Shown here: positions 39,886 through 49,630 of the stretch, one piece after another
Layout: each line of letters starts with the position of its first letter
How positions within the stretch are numbered: the stretch's first letter is position 1
Notes under the pieces: generated by a model
Seen by the model: only the letters and a program-made list of their open reading frames with translations
What the model was told of the DNA's origin: nothing
Databases searched by the model: none
Program-made: the position numbers and the translations under genes
NCBI GenBank assembly: GCA_965237955.1
Contig: OZ250169.1
Span: 7,456,001-7,520,000, forward strand
Length of the DNA stretch: 64,000 nucleotides
Direction of reading: 5' to 3'
From: Candidatus Marinacidobacterales bacterium
Lineage (GTDB): Bacteria; Acidobacteriota; Vicinamibacteria; Marinacidobacterales; SMYC01

Positions 39886-41100
39886 ATGAAACATCACCGT
39901 TTGGTCGCTGTCATCGCTGTCGGGGCCATCGCCATCGCGGCCACTAGTTTCCCCCAGCCGCGGTTCACACCGATTCCGGAAAGTACGCTCCTGGCAGGCT
40001 CACCGCTTCACGTTCCTTTGGACGGGATCGACCCCAGTGGTCAGGCTCTGACCTACACGGCGGTCGTGAGCGACCCTCTCGTCACCGCGACCGTGGTTTC
40101 GGGCAACCGGAGCCTCAGAATTCAAGTCGCGACCTACGGCACCATGGTGTTCCAGTTGTTCGATGGCCGCGTCAGGCGGGCGACCAACCGCATCGCCACG
40201 CTAGCGGACAGTGGCTTTTACAACGGTGTGATATTCCATCGCATCATCAATGACTTCATCGTTCAGGGCGGAGATCCGACCGGAACCGGCGCCGGCGGTT
40301 CACCGCTCGGGAACTTCGACGACAAGTTTCACGTCGATCTGCAGCACAATCGCACCGGGCTGCTATCGATGGCGAAGGCAGCCGACGACACCAACGACTC
40401 GCAGTTCTTCATCACCGAGGGGGCTCAGCGGCATCTCGATTTCATTCACTCGATTTTCGGTCTACTCATCGAAGGCGAATCGGTGCGGCAGCAAATCAGC
40501 AACGTCGCGGTGGATCCGAGCGGAAACGATCGTCCCGTCGCGGACGTCGTCATGGAATCGGTCTCAACGTTCGTCGACACGCAGAACGCGGTACTCATGC
40601 TCAAAGCACCCGAAGGTGCGACCGGCGCGGTCGACGTCACCGTCACCGTGCAAAACAGCTCGGGAACGTCGACGAGCCAGACTTTTCGCGTGAACGTCAC
40701 CCCCGACACGATCAACAGCCCGCCTTTTTTGGCAGACATCCCCGAGATCACGACGCCGATTGATACCGACGTGACGTACCAGCTCGTAGCGATCGATACG
40801 GAGGGCGACCAGGCGTTTTATCTCGATCAAGAGTCGATGTCGGCGAACGGTCTACCCATCCCCGTGTCAGCGCCATTGAGCATGCAGTACACCGTGGATT
40901 TCGACACGGGACTCTTGACGGTCTCTCCGAGAAACGGCATCAGCGGTGTGCAGCGCATTTCGGTGGCGACCGCCGTTTCTCCGAACGCGGTGGATTATCA
41001 GGTCGTGAGAGTCGTGGTCGGTGCGGCTCCGGCTGTGCAGACCTCAACTCAGTTCCCAGAGTCCGCGGCACCAAGGTCTCTATCTTTGACGCGACGATAA
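39886..41100 (+). CDS. Secreted cyclophilin-type peptidyl-prolyl isomerase with flanking beta-rich domains
   Basis: Signal peptide; FYNGVIFHRII..FIVQGGDPTGTG, LSMAK, DSQFFIT and HLDFIHSIFG motifs. Confidence 0.88.
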   Translation: MKHHRLVAVIAVGAIAIAATSFPQPRFTPIPESTLLAGSPLHVPLDGIDPSGQALTYTAVVSDPLVTATVVSGNRSLRIQVATYGTMVFQLFDGRVRRATNRIATLADSGFYNGVIFHRIINDFIVQGGDPTGTGAGGSPLGNFDDKFHVDLQHNRTGLLSMAKAADDTNDSQFFITEGAQRHLDFIHSIFGLLIEGESVRQQISNVAVDPSGNDRPVADVVMESVSTFVDTQNAVLMLKAPEGATGAVDVTVTVQNSSGTSTSQTFRVNVTPDTINSPPFLADIPEITTPIDTDVTYQLVAIDTEGDQAFYLDQESMSANGLPIPVSAPLSMQYTVDFDTGLLTVSPRNGISGVQRISVATAVSPNAVDYQVVRVVVGAAPAVQTSTQFPESAAPRSLSLTRR

Positions 41101-42051
41101 CACGGAATGGTAGAGCCATGTCACAGTCACCAGCAAAATGGCGGGCGCGAACGTCCACGGCTCTTGTGACAGCACGCTCGTTCTCGGAAGCTCGGCGAGC
41201 ATGTTGCCCCAGCTGGGACGGGGCTCACCCACACCGAGGCCAACGAACGACAACGTGACCTCCGCGAGCATGTAGGCGGGGATGAGGAGCGCGGCCTGAG
41301 TCGCGAGCACCGAATAGGTCTGAGGAAGCACGTGCCGGGTGAGGATGTGAACGTGGCCGGCGCCCGCGCTTCGCGCCGCGTCGACGAACTCGCGCTCTTT
41401 CGCGCTCAACACGACACCGCGCACGATGCGCATCGGGGCGGCCCAGCCGAGAACGCCGAGCAGCATGACAATCGCGAGGAACGTGTCTCCCGGTTCCATA
41501 TCGAGCGGGAGAAACGCTCTCGCAGCTAGCAGCATGTAGATCCACGGCAGACTCAAGAAGACGTCGCCGGTCCACATGATGACGCCATCGAGAGCTCGCC
41601 CGCCGTATCCTGCGGCCGCGCCGAGAACGAGGGCGGTGGCGAGCGCGAGCACGGCCGCCAGCAGACCCGCGGTGAGCGACAGTTGGCCGCCGTAAAGAAG
41701 CCTCGAGAAATAGTCGCGTCCGAGCGCGTCCGTTCCGAGAACAAAAACACGGTGCGGCTCGTCGACCCCGAACAAATGCAGATCGGAGCGAATGAACCCA
41801 AAAAGCTCGTAGGAGCTCCCGCGAACAAAAAACGAGAGCGGCACAACGTCGCCACCGCCAGCAGCATAGATGAAAGGCCTCGCGTGCCAGCGCCCCTCGT
41901 CGTCGATGAAACGGATGTTCGTTGGCGCCGCGCGGGGTGTCGCGCGGTTCTGTTCGCGATAGGAGTAAGGCGCGAAGAAGCCTGCGAGCACCGCGACCAA
42001 ATGCACGAATAGCAGAGCTCCCACGATGACCGACAGTCTTTTGTTCCTCAC
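41080..42051 (-). CDS. Peptide/nickel ABC permease (OppC/DppC-like)
   Basis: LGTDALGRD.FSRLLYG, EFVDAARSAGA (EAA loop) and LSFVGLG...PSWGNML motifs. Confidence 0.9.
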   Translation of the reverse strand: MRNKRLSVIVGALLFVHLVAVLAGFFAPYSYREQNRATPRAAPTNIRFIDDEGRWHARPFIYAAGGGDVVPLSFFVRGSSYELFGFIRSDLHLFGVDEPHRVFVLGTDALGRDYFSRLLYGGQLSLTAGLLAAVLALATALVLGAAAGYGGRALDGVIMWTGDVFLSLPWIYMLLAARAFLPLDMEPGDTFLAIVMLLGVLGWAAPMRIVRGVVLSAKEREFVDAARSAGAGHVHILTRHVLPQTYSVLATQAALLIPAYMLAEVTLSFVGLGVGEPRPSWGNMLAELPRTSVLSQEPWTFAPAILLVTVTWLYHSVLSSRQR

Positions 42052-42052
42052 G

Positions 42053-43045
42053 TCAGTTCGGTTCGATTCTCGGATCGTTGAGATACAGCGCGATGTCGGC
42101 GAGCAGACCTGAAGCGACGACGAAGAGCGCCGAGCACATGACCCCTCCGATCACGACGTGAACGTCGCGTGCCAGGATGGCGTCGAGGAGAAACGGCCCG
42201 AGACCGGGCCAACCCATGACCACTTCGACGATGAACGACGCGCTGAGAAGTGAGGCGATCGACAGACCGGCGATCGAGATCAACGGGCTCGCAGCGGGTC
42301 GCAGCATGTGGTGGAGGACGAGACGACGCCCGCTGATACCGAGCGCGCGTGCCTTGGTGACGAAAGGCTCGTCCATCACATCTTCGACGGCGGTGCGCAC
42401 GTGTCTCGCCAAAAGAGCGAACGCGGGAAGCGCCAGCACCGTGACCGGCAAGATCAGATGCCACGCCAAGTCGCCGACGCGCCCGACGAACGTCAACTCG
42501 CTCGCCCCGATCGACCACATTCCACCGACGGGAAACGCCCGGGAACGCGCCGCGATGATGAGAGCAAGGACGGCGAGGACCAGCTCCGGTAGTCCGACGA
42601 TGACCGACGTCACCGCGCCCATCAACGTTTCGACGGGGCCCACCGAGTTTTTGCGCGTTGCCCAGAACACTCCCGCAGGAACCGCGAGTGTCCACGCGAG
42701 CGCGGTCGCGCACACCGACAGAAGTAGTGTGTTGAGCGCACGAGACCAAATGAGCGGCGCTACTGCGGAGCCGTAGGCAAACGAAAATCCCCACGTTCCC
42801 TGCAAGACCGCTAGAAGCCAACTCCAGTACCGTTCGACAAACGGGCGGTCGAGCCCGTATTGCGTTCTCATCGCCTCGAGCGTCTCTGTCGAGATCTGCG
42901 GATTGAGACGCATGCGATCCAGGTAGTCGCCGGGAGCGAGCTCGAGAAACAGGAACGCGAGAACCGACACCGCGACGAGCGCGGAAAGCGCGTGGGCGAT
43001 TCGACGGATCCAGTAGCTCACAATTGCAGGCGTGGACGTGGACAT
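42053..43045 (-). CDS. Peptide/nickel ABC permease (OppB/DppB-like)
   Basis: LAPGD, YGLDRP, HLILP, FVTKARALG and WPGLG...DPRI motifs. Confidence 0.9.
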   Translation of the reverse strand: MSTSTPAIVSYWIRRIAHALSALVAVSVLAFLFLELAPGDYLDRMRLNPQISTETLEAMRTQYGLDRPFVERYWSWLLAVLQGTWGFSFAYGSAVAPLIWSRALNTLLLSVCATALAWTLAVPAGVFWATRKNSVGPVETLMGAVTSVIVGLPELVLAVLALIIAARSRAFPVGGMWSIGASELTFVGRVGDLAWHLILPVTVLALPAFALLARHVRTAVEDVMDEPFVTKARALGISGRRLVLHHMLRPAASPLISIAGLSIASLLSASFIVEVVMGWPGLGPFLLDAILARDVHVVIGGVMCSALFVVASGLLADIALYLNDPRIEPN

Positions 43046-43225
43046 GTCACTGCCGCTAATTGTAACTAACCTTCAGTATCTGGGGCGTCAAGCGAGCAAT
43101 GTCCGCGTGACCCGCGGGCGGGAGCCTCACGATGCCGCCGCGGACAGGAGGCTCCAGCGAGGCAACTGAACAGCACCTTCGGGGAGCCGTTATTCGCCCC
43201 GAAGAAACCGTTGTAAGCTATCGAC

Positions 43226-44410
43226 ATGGTTCAGATACTCGAAACGACACTACGGGAAGGCGAGCAGACGCCTGGCGTCTACTTTCCGCCGCATGCGAAA
43301 CTGGAGATTGTAGATTGCCTCGATCGCATCGGCGTCGATATCGTCGAAGCAGGTCACCCGATCGTGAGCCGCGACATCGAAGCATCGGTGAAAAAAATCG
43401 CCGGCAGAGGTCTGCGCGCCACGGTGGGAGCGCATGCGCGTTCGATAAAGCGCGACGTCGATCTCGCGATCGATTGCGGTGTGGATTTCATTGGTGTGTT
43501 CTACTGCGTTTCTGCAGACCGTTTGGAGAGCGTATTCAAGACGAAACTGTCTAGCGCTATTGATCAAATCGCCGAAGTGATCCGCTACGCGAAGGAGAGC
43601 AATCCAGCGCTCACGATCCGCTATACGCCAGAAGACACGGTGCGTTCCCAGCTCGAGCACGCCATCGCAGCATCGGTAGAGGCCTGCAACGCTGGCGCTG
43701 ACATTATCAGCATCGCCGACACGACCGGTCACATGATCCCTGGCACGGAGCGCAGCATGTACGACTATGTCTCCCGGTTCAGAGAAAAGCTCAATGACCG
43801 GGGCGTGAACCCGATGCTGGCGGTGCACTGTCACGATGACCGCGGGCTGGCGCTGGCAAACGCGCTCGACGCCTACCGTGCCGGCGCCGACATCATCGAT
43901 GCCACCGTGATCAAACTCGGCGAGCGCGCTGGGCTGGTCGACCTGGCGACTCTGCTCGTGGTACTGACCGCCGACTTCCATGCAACCAACGCCTGGCAGC
44001 TAGAAGAGCTCTCGAATCTCTACCGTGTCGTGAGCCGCTACGCCGGCGTACCGATTCCGGTTAACTTCCCGGTGATGGGTGAAAACGCCTTCAAGCACTG
44101 CGCCGGCGTGCACACCCACGCTGCGTCCTTGAGCGCTGTGCATTACCAGAGTCTAGATCCGGAGTTGGTCGGCCGACGCATGGAAGTCTCGCTGGATCAC
44201 ATGTCTGGGATTGCTTCAGTGAAGTACGCGCTCGCACAAATCGGCGTCGAGGACGGGGAGGACGCCATGATCGCGGACGTGTTGGACCAGGTGAAGCAAG
44301 CGGGCCAGCGCGGCACAACCGTCGACTTGCAGGAGCTGCGCTATATCGTCGACTGGTGTGCGTCCGCTAAACGGAAGGACGGCGAACAACCATGCCGCAC
44401 ACAATCGTAG
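43226..44410 (+). CDS. Homocitrate synthase-like (DRE-TIM, LeuA/Lys20/AksA family)
   Basis: TTLREGEQ, IADTTG, HCHDDRGLA.AN, GERAG and AF.H.AGVH motifs. At 394 aa it has no LeuA regulatory domain. Confidence 0.85.
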   Translation: MVQILETTLREGEQTPGVYFPPHAKLEIVDCLDRIGVDIVEAGHPIVSRDIEASVKKIAGRGLRATVGAHARSIKRDVDLAIDCGVDFIGVFYCVSADRLESVFKTKLSSAIDQIAEVIRYAKESNPALTIRYTPEDTVRSQLEHAIAASVEACNAGADIISIADTTGHMIPGTERSMYDYVSRFREKLNDRGVNPMLAVHCHDDRGLALANALDAYRAGADIIDATVIKLGERAGLVDLATLLVVLTADFHATNAWQLEELSNLYRVVSRYAGVPIPVNFPVMGENAFKHCAGVHTHAASLSAVHYQSLDPELVGRRMEVSLDHMSGIASVKYALAQIGVEDGEDAMIADVLDQVKQAGQRGTTVDLQELRYIVDWCASAKRKDGEQPCRTQS

Positions 44411-45651
44411 AAAAAATCCTGATGGAGAAGTCCGGTGCGACCGATCTGCGCCCCGGCGAAATCGTGACCGTCGAGCCGGACCGCGTGATGTCTCACGATA
44501 ACACCGCGTTCATCATCAAGAAATTCATGCAAACCGGTTACTCGGAAGTGTGGGACCGGGAGAAGATCGCGATCATCTTCGACCACTGCGTCCCCGCGGA
44601 ATCCCCGGCACACGAGCAAAACCACCGCGAGGCGACAGCGTTTGCACTGGAGCACAGCCTTCCGCATTTCTTCGGCGCCGATGCGGGCGTCTCGCACCAG
44701 GTAATGATCGAGCAAGGACTGGTCCTGCCAGGGCAGCTGGTGCTCGGTGCGGATTCGCACTCGACGATCTACGGAGCGCTCAACGCGCTAGGCGCGCCGA
44801 TCAATCGAACCGAAATGGCAGGCATCTGGGCGACCGGCAGGATCTGGCTCAAGGTGCCGGAGACCATCGAGATTGAGCTCGTCGGAGAGTTGCAGCCCGG
44901 CGTGTATGCAAAAGACATCATCCTCAGAATCCTCGCCGAGCTGCGGGCGGATGGCGCGGTCTACAAGTGCATCGAGTTCACCGGTAGCGCGCTCGCCAAC
45001 CTGAGCATGGCGTCGCGGATGACGCTGACGAACATGGCGGTCGAGCTCGGGGCCAAAGCGGGCATCATGCCGTTCGACGAGAAAACAGAGAAGTACTTGC
45101 TCACTCGAGCTACCCGGTCTTACGCGCAAGTGTTTGCAGACGAGGACGCGACGTACAACGCGCGGCGGCGCATTGATGCGGCATCGCTGGAACCGCAAGT
45201 TGCATGCCCACACACGGTCGATAACGTCAAACCAATCTCCGATGTCGAGGGAATCGCCGTAAACGAAGCCTATCTGGGCAGTTGCACGAACGGCCGGCTG
45301 GAGGATCTGCAAGTTGCAGCCGATATTCTGCGCGGGCGCCGCGTCGCCCCGGGCGTGCGACTCTCGGTATATCCCGCGTCAGTCGCAGTGATGGAGGAGG
45401 CGCTCAGACTGGGCATTCTCGAGACACTAGAGAACGCGGGCGCGGCGATCAGGACGGCTTCGTGCGGGCCGTGTTTCGGGGCGGTCGGGGCGGTGCTGGA
45501 GGACGGCGGAGTCTGCATTTCCAGCTCGAACCGTAATTTCAGAGGTCGCATGGGCTCCAGAGAAGCGGCTATCTATCTGGCCAGTCCGGCCGTGGTCGCG
45601 GCCTCGTGCATTCAGGGCAGCATCGCAGATCCACGAAGGTACGCCCAATGA
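44392..45651 (+). CDS. Homoaconitase / 3-isopropylmalate dehydratase large subunit (HacA type)
   Basis: HDN, FDH, GADSHS, GSCTNGR, CGPCFG and SSNRNFRGRMG motifs; short 419-aa form. Confidence 0.92.
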   Translation: MPHTIVEKILMEKSGATDLRPGEIVTVEPDRVMSHDNTAFIIKKFMQTGYSEVWDREKIAIIFDHCVPAESPAHEQNHREATAFALEHSLPHFFGADAGVSHQVMIEQGLVLPGQLVLGADSHSTIYGALNALGAPINRTEMAGIWATGRIWLKVPETIEIELVGELQPGVYAKDIILRILAELRADGAVYKCIEFTGSALANLSMASRMTLTNMAVELGAKAGIMPFDEKTEKYLLTRATRSYAQVFADEDATYNARRRIDAASLEPQVACPHTVDNVKPISDVEGIAVNEAYLGSCTNGRLEDLQVAADILRGRRVAPGVRLSVYPASVAVMEEALRLGILETLENAGAAIRTASCGPCFGAVGAVLEDGGVCISSSNRNFRGRMGSREAAIYLASPAVVAASCIQGSIADPRRYAQ

Positions 45652-46154
45652 TTATTCGCGGCAGAACGCTGAAGTACGAAGAGGACGATATCAGCACCGA
45701 CGTCATTTGGCCTGGCAAGTACACCTACGTGCAGATGTCACCGGAGCGGATGATCGAGCACGCGATGGAAACTTTCGATCCGGCCTTCAGGACCAAAGTA
45801 AAACAATTCCAGATACTCGTCGTGGGCCGCAACTTCGGCTGCGGCTCTTCACGCGAGCAGGCGTGCGAGTGCTTGAAACACGCCGGCATCAAAGCCATCA
45901 TCGCGAAATCGTTCGCGCGTATCTTCTATCGCAACTCGGTCAACCTAGGGCTACCGGTCACCGAATCAGCGGCTGCATTCGCAGCGCTACATACTGGCGA
46001 CAAGGTCGAGATCGACTTGAGCGCCGGACGCATCGTCACCGACCGCGATTCGTTTAGCATCGCCCGGTATCCGGACGAAATAATGGAGTTGATCCGGCAC
46101 GATGGTCTGATTAACTACATACGCCATCAAGCCCGAGCGGCAAAGATATCGTGA
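45648..46154 (+). CDS. Homoaconitase / IPM dehydratase small subunit (HacB type)
   Basis: DISTDVIWPGKY, NFGCGSSREQA and SFARIFYRNSVNLGLP motifs. ATGA overlap with the large subunit gene. Confidence 0.92.
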   Translation: MIIRGRTLKYEEDDISTDVIWPGKYTYVQMSPERMIEHAMETFDPAFRTKVKQFQILVVGRNFGCGSSREQACECLKHAGIKAIIAKSFARIFYRNSVNLGLPVTESAAAFAALHTGDKVEIDLSAGRIVTDRDSFSIARYPDEIMELIRHDGLINYIRHQARAAKIS

Positions 46155-47122
46155 ACATCTGCGTGCTTCCGGGCGACGGCATCGGCCCCGAGGTGATCGG
46201 CCAGGCCGTCAAAGTACTGGAGGCAACCGGTCTCTCATGGGAATTCACCTACGGCGATATCGGCTTCGCTGCGTACCAGAAGCACGGCACTCCCTTACCT
46301 GACCAGACGCTCGCCAAAGTGGATGCGGCGGACGCCACTCTGTTCGGAGCGGTCACCACCCCACCGGGCATCCCCAACTACACGTCGCCGATCCTGCAGT
46401 TGCGCAAGCAATTTGATCTCTTCGCCAATCTGCGGCCTTCCCGCTGCGACGGCGTCGACCTCGCCATCGTGCGCGAGAATACAGAAGGGCTCTATTCGGG
46501 CGTCGAGCGCATCGAAGACGGAGGTGACCGAGTGATCGCAGAGCGGGTTGTCTCTCGGCGGGCGTCCGATCGCATCATCCGATACGCGTTCGAGTATGCA
46601 CGAGCAAAAGGATACGGCGAGGTCACCGTCGTGCACAAAGCAAACGTGTTGCGTCATAGCGACGGGTTGTTCTGCAGTGTAGCCCAGTCTGTGGCGACGG
46701 AGTATGTCGACATCGAGTTGAAGGAGATGCTCGTCGACAGCTGCGCGATGCAACTCGTCGTCGACCCCTCGCAGTTCCAAGTGTTGGTCACCACCAATCT
46801 GTTCGGTGACATTCTCAGCGACGTTGCGTGCGTTTGCGCCGGTGGTCTGGGGATGGCCGCTTCAGCGAACATCGGCGAAGCAACGGCGATCTTCGAGCCA
46901 GTGCACGGCTCAGCGCCCGACATCGTGGGAACGGGTAGAGCTAATCCGTTCGCAACCATCCGCTCCGCCGCGCTGATGTTGCGGTATCTACAATGTGAGA
47001 TAGAAGCGACCCGAATCGACGATGCGGTCGACCGCGCTGTGCAAAACCAACAGGTCACACCCGATCTAAACGGCGCGCTGACCACCGCAGAGGCGACCGA
47101 CACCGTAATCTCGTGCCTTTGA
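46151..47122 (+). CDS. Homoisocitrate / isopropylmalate dehydrogenase family
   Basis: PGDGIGPEV, LFANLRP, RENTEGLY, HKANV, NLFGDILSD and FEPVHGSAPDI motifs. Confidence 0.92.
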   Translation: MNICVLPGDGIGPEVIGQAVKVLEATGLSWEFTYGDIGFAAYQKHGTPLPDQTLAKVDAADATLFGAVTTPPGIPNYTSPILQLRKQFDLFANLRPSRCDGVDLAIVRENTEGLYSGVERIEDGGDRVIAERVVSRRASDRIIRYAFEYARAKGYGEVTVVHKANVLRHSDGLFCSVAQSVATEYVDIELKEMLVDSCAMQLVVDPSQFQVLVTTNLFGDILSDVACVCAGGLGMAASANIGEATAIFEPVHGSAPDIVGTGRANPFATIRSAALMLRYLQCEIEATRIDDAVDRAVQNQQVTPDLNGALTTAEATDTVISCL

Positions 47123-47152
47123 TTTGCAGATCGCCAACGTCGAGGAAAGCGA

Positions 47153-48268
47153 CTACGACCGTTCGAGAATAAACGCTCCCGCCATGGCGCCGGCGGCGCA
47201 GATGCTCACAAGCCCGAGTTTTTGGTCGCGGCTCGAGAGCTCGTTCGCGAGCGTGGTCACGATGCGTCCTCCGGTCGCAGCCCACGGGTGGCCGATCGCG
47301 ATCGAGCTTCCGTTGACGTTGACCTTGTCCCAGTCGATGGCGCTCGTCGCCTTTCCTTTCCACCCCTGCTCCCAAGCGGCCGCGTTCGCGAGAACCTGCG
47401 CGCCGAAAGCTTCGTGGATCTCGATGAGGTTCATGTCCGAAAGCTCGAGCCCGCTTCGTGAAAGCGCCTGGGGAACCGCAATCGCTGGAGCCATCAACAG
47501 GCCCTCCGATGGGTCGTGCGCGGCAAAGGTCATCGTGCGGATGAACGCGAGCGGGTCACGCCCTTCGCGCTTCGCGCGGTCTTCACTCATGAGGAGCACC
47601 GCCGAAGCGCCATCCGTTACCGGCGAGGAGTTACCGGCGGTCAACGTTCCTTCGGGATCGAAAACCGGTTTCAATGCGGACAGAGCTTCGAGAGACGTCT
47701 CCGCGCGAGGACCCGAGTCGTGCTCGACGCCGAGAACGGGACAAATCTCCTTGGACAGCTTGTCGCGTGCAGCCACTGCGTTCTCGTGGCTCGCGAGCGC
47801 AATCTCGTCTTGCCTCGCTCTCGAGATGTTCCATTCTTTTCTCGTGAGCTCGGTATGCTGACCCATGCTGAGACCGGTCGACGGCTCATTGAAGGTGTTG
47901 GGGTCGGAGTGAGACAGCGAGTCGACGCCTCCGGCGATGCCGCACTCGATACGTCCGGCTTGGATGGCGTCGACGACGCTCGCGATCGTGCGCAAGCCGG
48001 TAATACAGTAGGAGGAAATCGTGTGCGCTTCGATCTCGCTCGGAAGTTGCTCTTCGAACACGAGCTCGCGCGCGAGGTTTGGCTTGCCCGGCTCGGCGAC
48101 GACGACGCCGTACACGAGAGAGTCGATCGACTCCGGCGCGATCTCGTGAGTTTCTAGAAGACCACGGACCGATTCCCGCGCGAGACGCAGCGGACCGAGA
48201 TCCTTGAACGCTTTTCCCGACTTGACGAACGGAGTCCTCATGCCCGCCACGACCGCAACCCGGTTCAT
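47153..48268 (-). CDS. Acetyl-CoA C-acyltransferase (thiolase, FadI-like)
   Basis: RTPF, C(ITG), TAGNSS.VTDGA, HEAF, GHPWAATG and CAAG motifs. Confidence 0.92.
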   Translation of the reverse strand: MNRVAVVAGMRTPFVKSGKAFKDLGPLRLARESVRGLLETHEIAPESIDSLVYGVVVAEPGKPNLARELVFEEQLPSEIEAHTISSYCITGLRTIASVVDAIQAGRIECGIAGGVDSLSHSDPNTFNEPSTGLSMGQHTELTRKEWNISRARQDEIALASHENAVAARDKLSKEICPVLGVEHDSGPRAETSLEALSALKPVFDPEGTLTAGNSSPVTDGASAVLLMSEDRAKREGRDPLAFIRTMTFAAHDPSEGLLMAPAIAVPQALSRSGLELSDMNLIEIHEAFGAQVLANAAAWEQGWKGKATSAIDWDKVNVNGSSIAIGHPWAATGGRIVTTLANELSSRDQKLGLVSICAAGAMAGAFILERS

Positions 48269-48290
48269 GTTGCCTCCCTTTCTGGGTCCG

Positions 48291-49627
48291 TCACACGTGC
48301 TGGGGTTTCTTGCCGGCGCGCACCTGCTCCAGGTAACGGCTCAAGTAAGACACCCCATCCGTCAGCAACGGACAATTCCGGCGCACGAAATCCGGCGCAC
48401 GAAATCTTCCCGCTCGCTCGGCGTCGACGGACGCCGGCGCCGCCAATCCGCGAGCGCTTTCGTCCCGTCGTAGTCGACGTAGCTGCAGCGAAACGCGATC
48501 TCGGCATCGTCCAAGAGCAGCGCGTTTCCGGGAAGCATCGCGGCATGCTCGACGTGGAGGACATGCTCGGCAACTTCGGGACTCGAGCTCAACCCGATGC
48601 TTCTGAAGCTCTCCTGCTCACGGCTCCAGTCGACGAAAAGGTAGAACGCGCCCTCCGGTGCCCGTGTGTCAGAACCGCCGGCACAAAAAAGCGTTGACAC
48701 TTCCTTCCCGACGAGCGCGTTGACCGCGGCGCAGTCTCGAACGTGGGTCTCGACGCCCTCTTCCAGCGAGTAGGCCTTCACCGCCGCATGTTGGAGCGGC
48801 GCGGCGACACAAGAGTACGTCGACCCCGCGATTTTCAGAACGCTCGCGAGAAGGCCGTCCTCCCCGGCCGGGAACACGCCGACGCCGACTCGATATCCGC
48901 CCGCGGATCGATCCTTCGAAAGCCCTCCGGTGACGACCGTGCCTTCAGGATAGACGGCGCCCATGCTGGTGAAGCGTGTCTGGTCGAACGCAGTCAGCGC
49001 GTAGATCTCGTCCGCGATGACGATAATCCCGTGCTCACGGCAAGTCTCGGCCAGCGCTTCGAGCTCGGCTCGCTCGTAGACGGCACCGGTGGGATTGTGC
49101 GGATGATTCAGAATCAAGATGGATTGTTCGACGTTCGCGCGGGCAGTGCCGTCGCGCAGCAGTTCGGGCGTCAGTTTGAAGCCGGTATCGGCTCGGAGCC
49201 GAAGAGGCACGACGTCTTTCTTGAGAATCCGCGCCTGCGGCATGTAGCTCACCCACGACGGGACCGGTACGAGAACCGTGCCTTCGAGCGCCGACAAGAG
49301 AATCGAGATCATCTCCTTACTGCCCGGACTGACGACGATGCGCTCGGGCGACGTGTCGAGCCGGAAGTGGTGCCGGTAGTATCGAGCTACCGTTTCACGG
49401 AGCGCCGGAAGTCCGGCGGTGGGCAGATACGAGTGCTCGTGGGCGTGCGCTTTGAGCGCTTCGACAACACTCGGTGGCGGGGCGAAGGGCGACTGTCCGA
49501 ACGCAAAGTGATGGTAGGGTCGATCACAACCCATGCTCCGACAATCTTCTCGATAGCGCTTTATCTGATCGTTGATACGCAGGTTGGCTGGTATCTCGAC
49601 ACCGTCCAGATGGGCTTCGGTAATCAC
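48291..49627 (-). CDS. Class I/II PLP aminotransferase, C-terminus frameshifted by a 14-bp duplication (stops at 48362 as written)
   Basis: FGQSPF, PGSKE, PSWVSY, PHNPTG, DEIY and GLSK...GGYRVG motifs. TCCGGCGCACGAAA occurs twice in tandem at 48377-48404. Confidence 0.85.
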
Positions 49628-49630
49628 ACA

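Noticed and set aside
43081-43225. Lysine, SAM or ZTP riboswitch, or leader-peptide attenuator, upstream of the synthase
   Set aside because: The conserved cores are not recognisable and there is no short Leu/Lys-rich leader ORF or U-tailed terminator.
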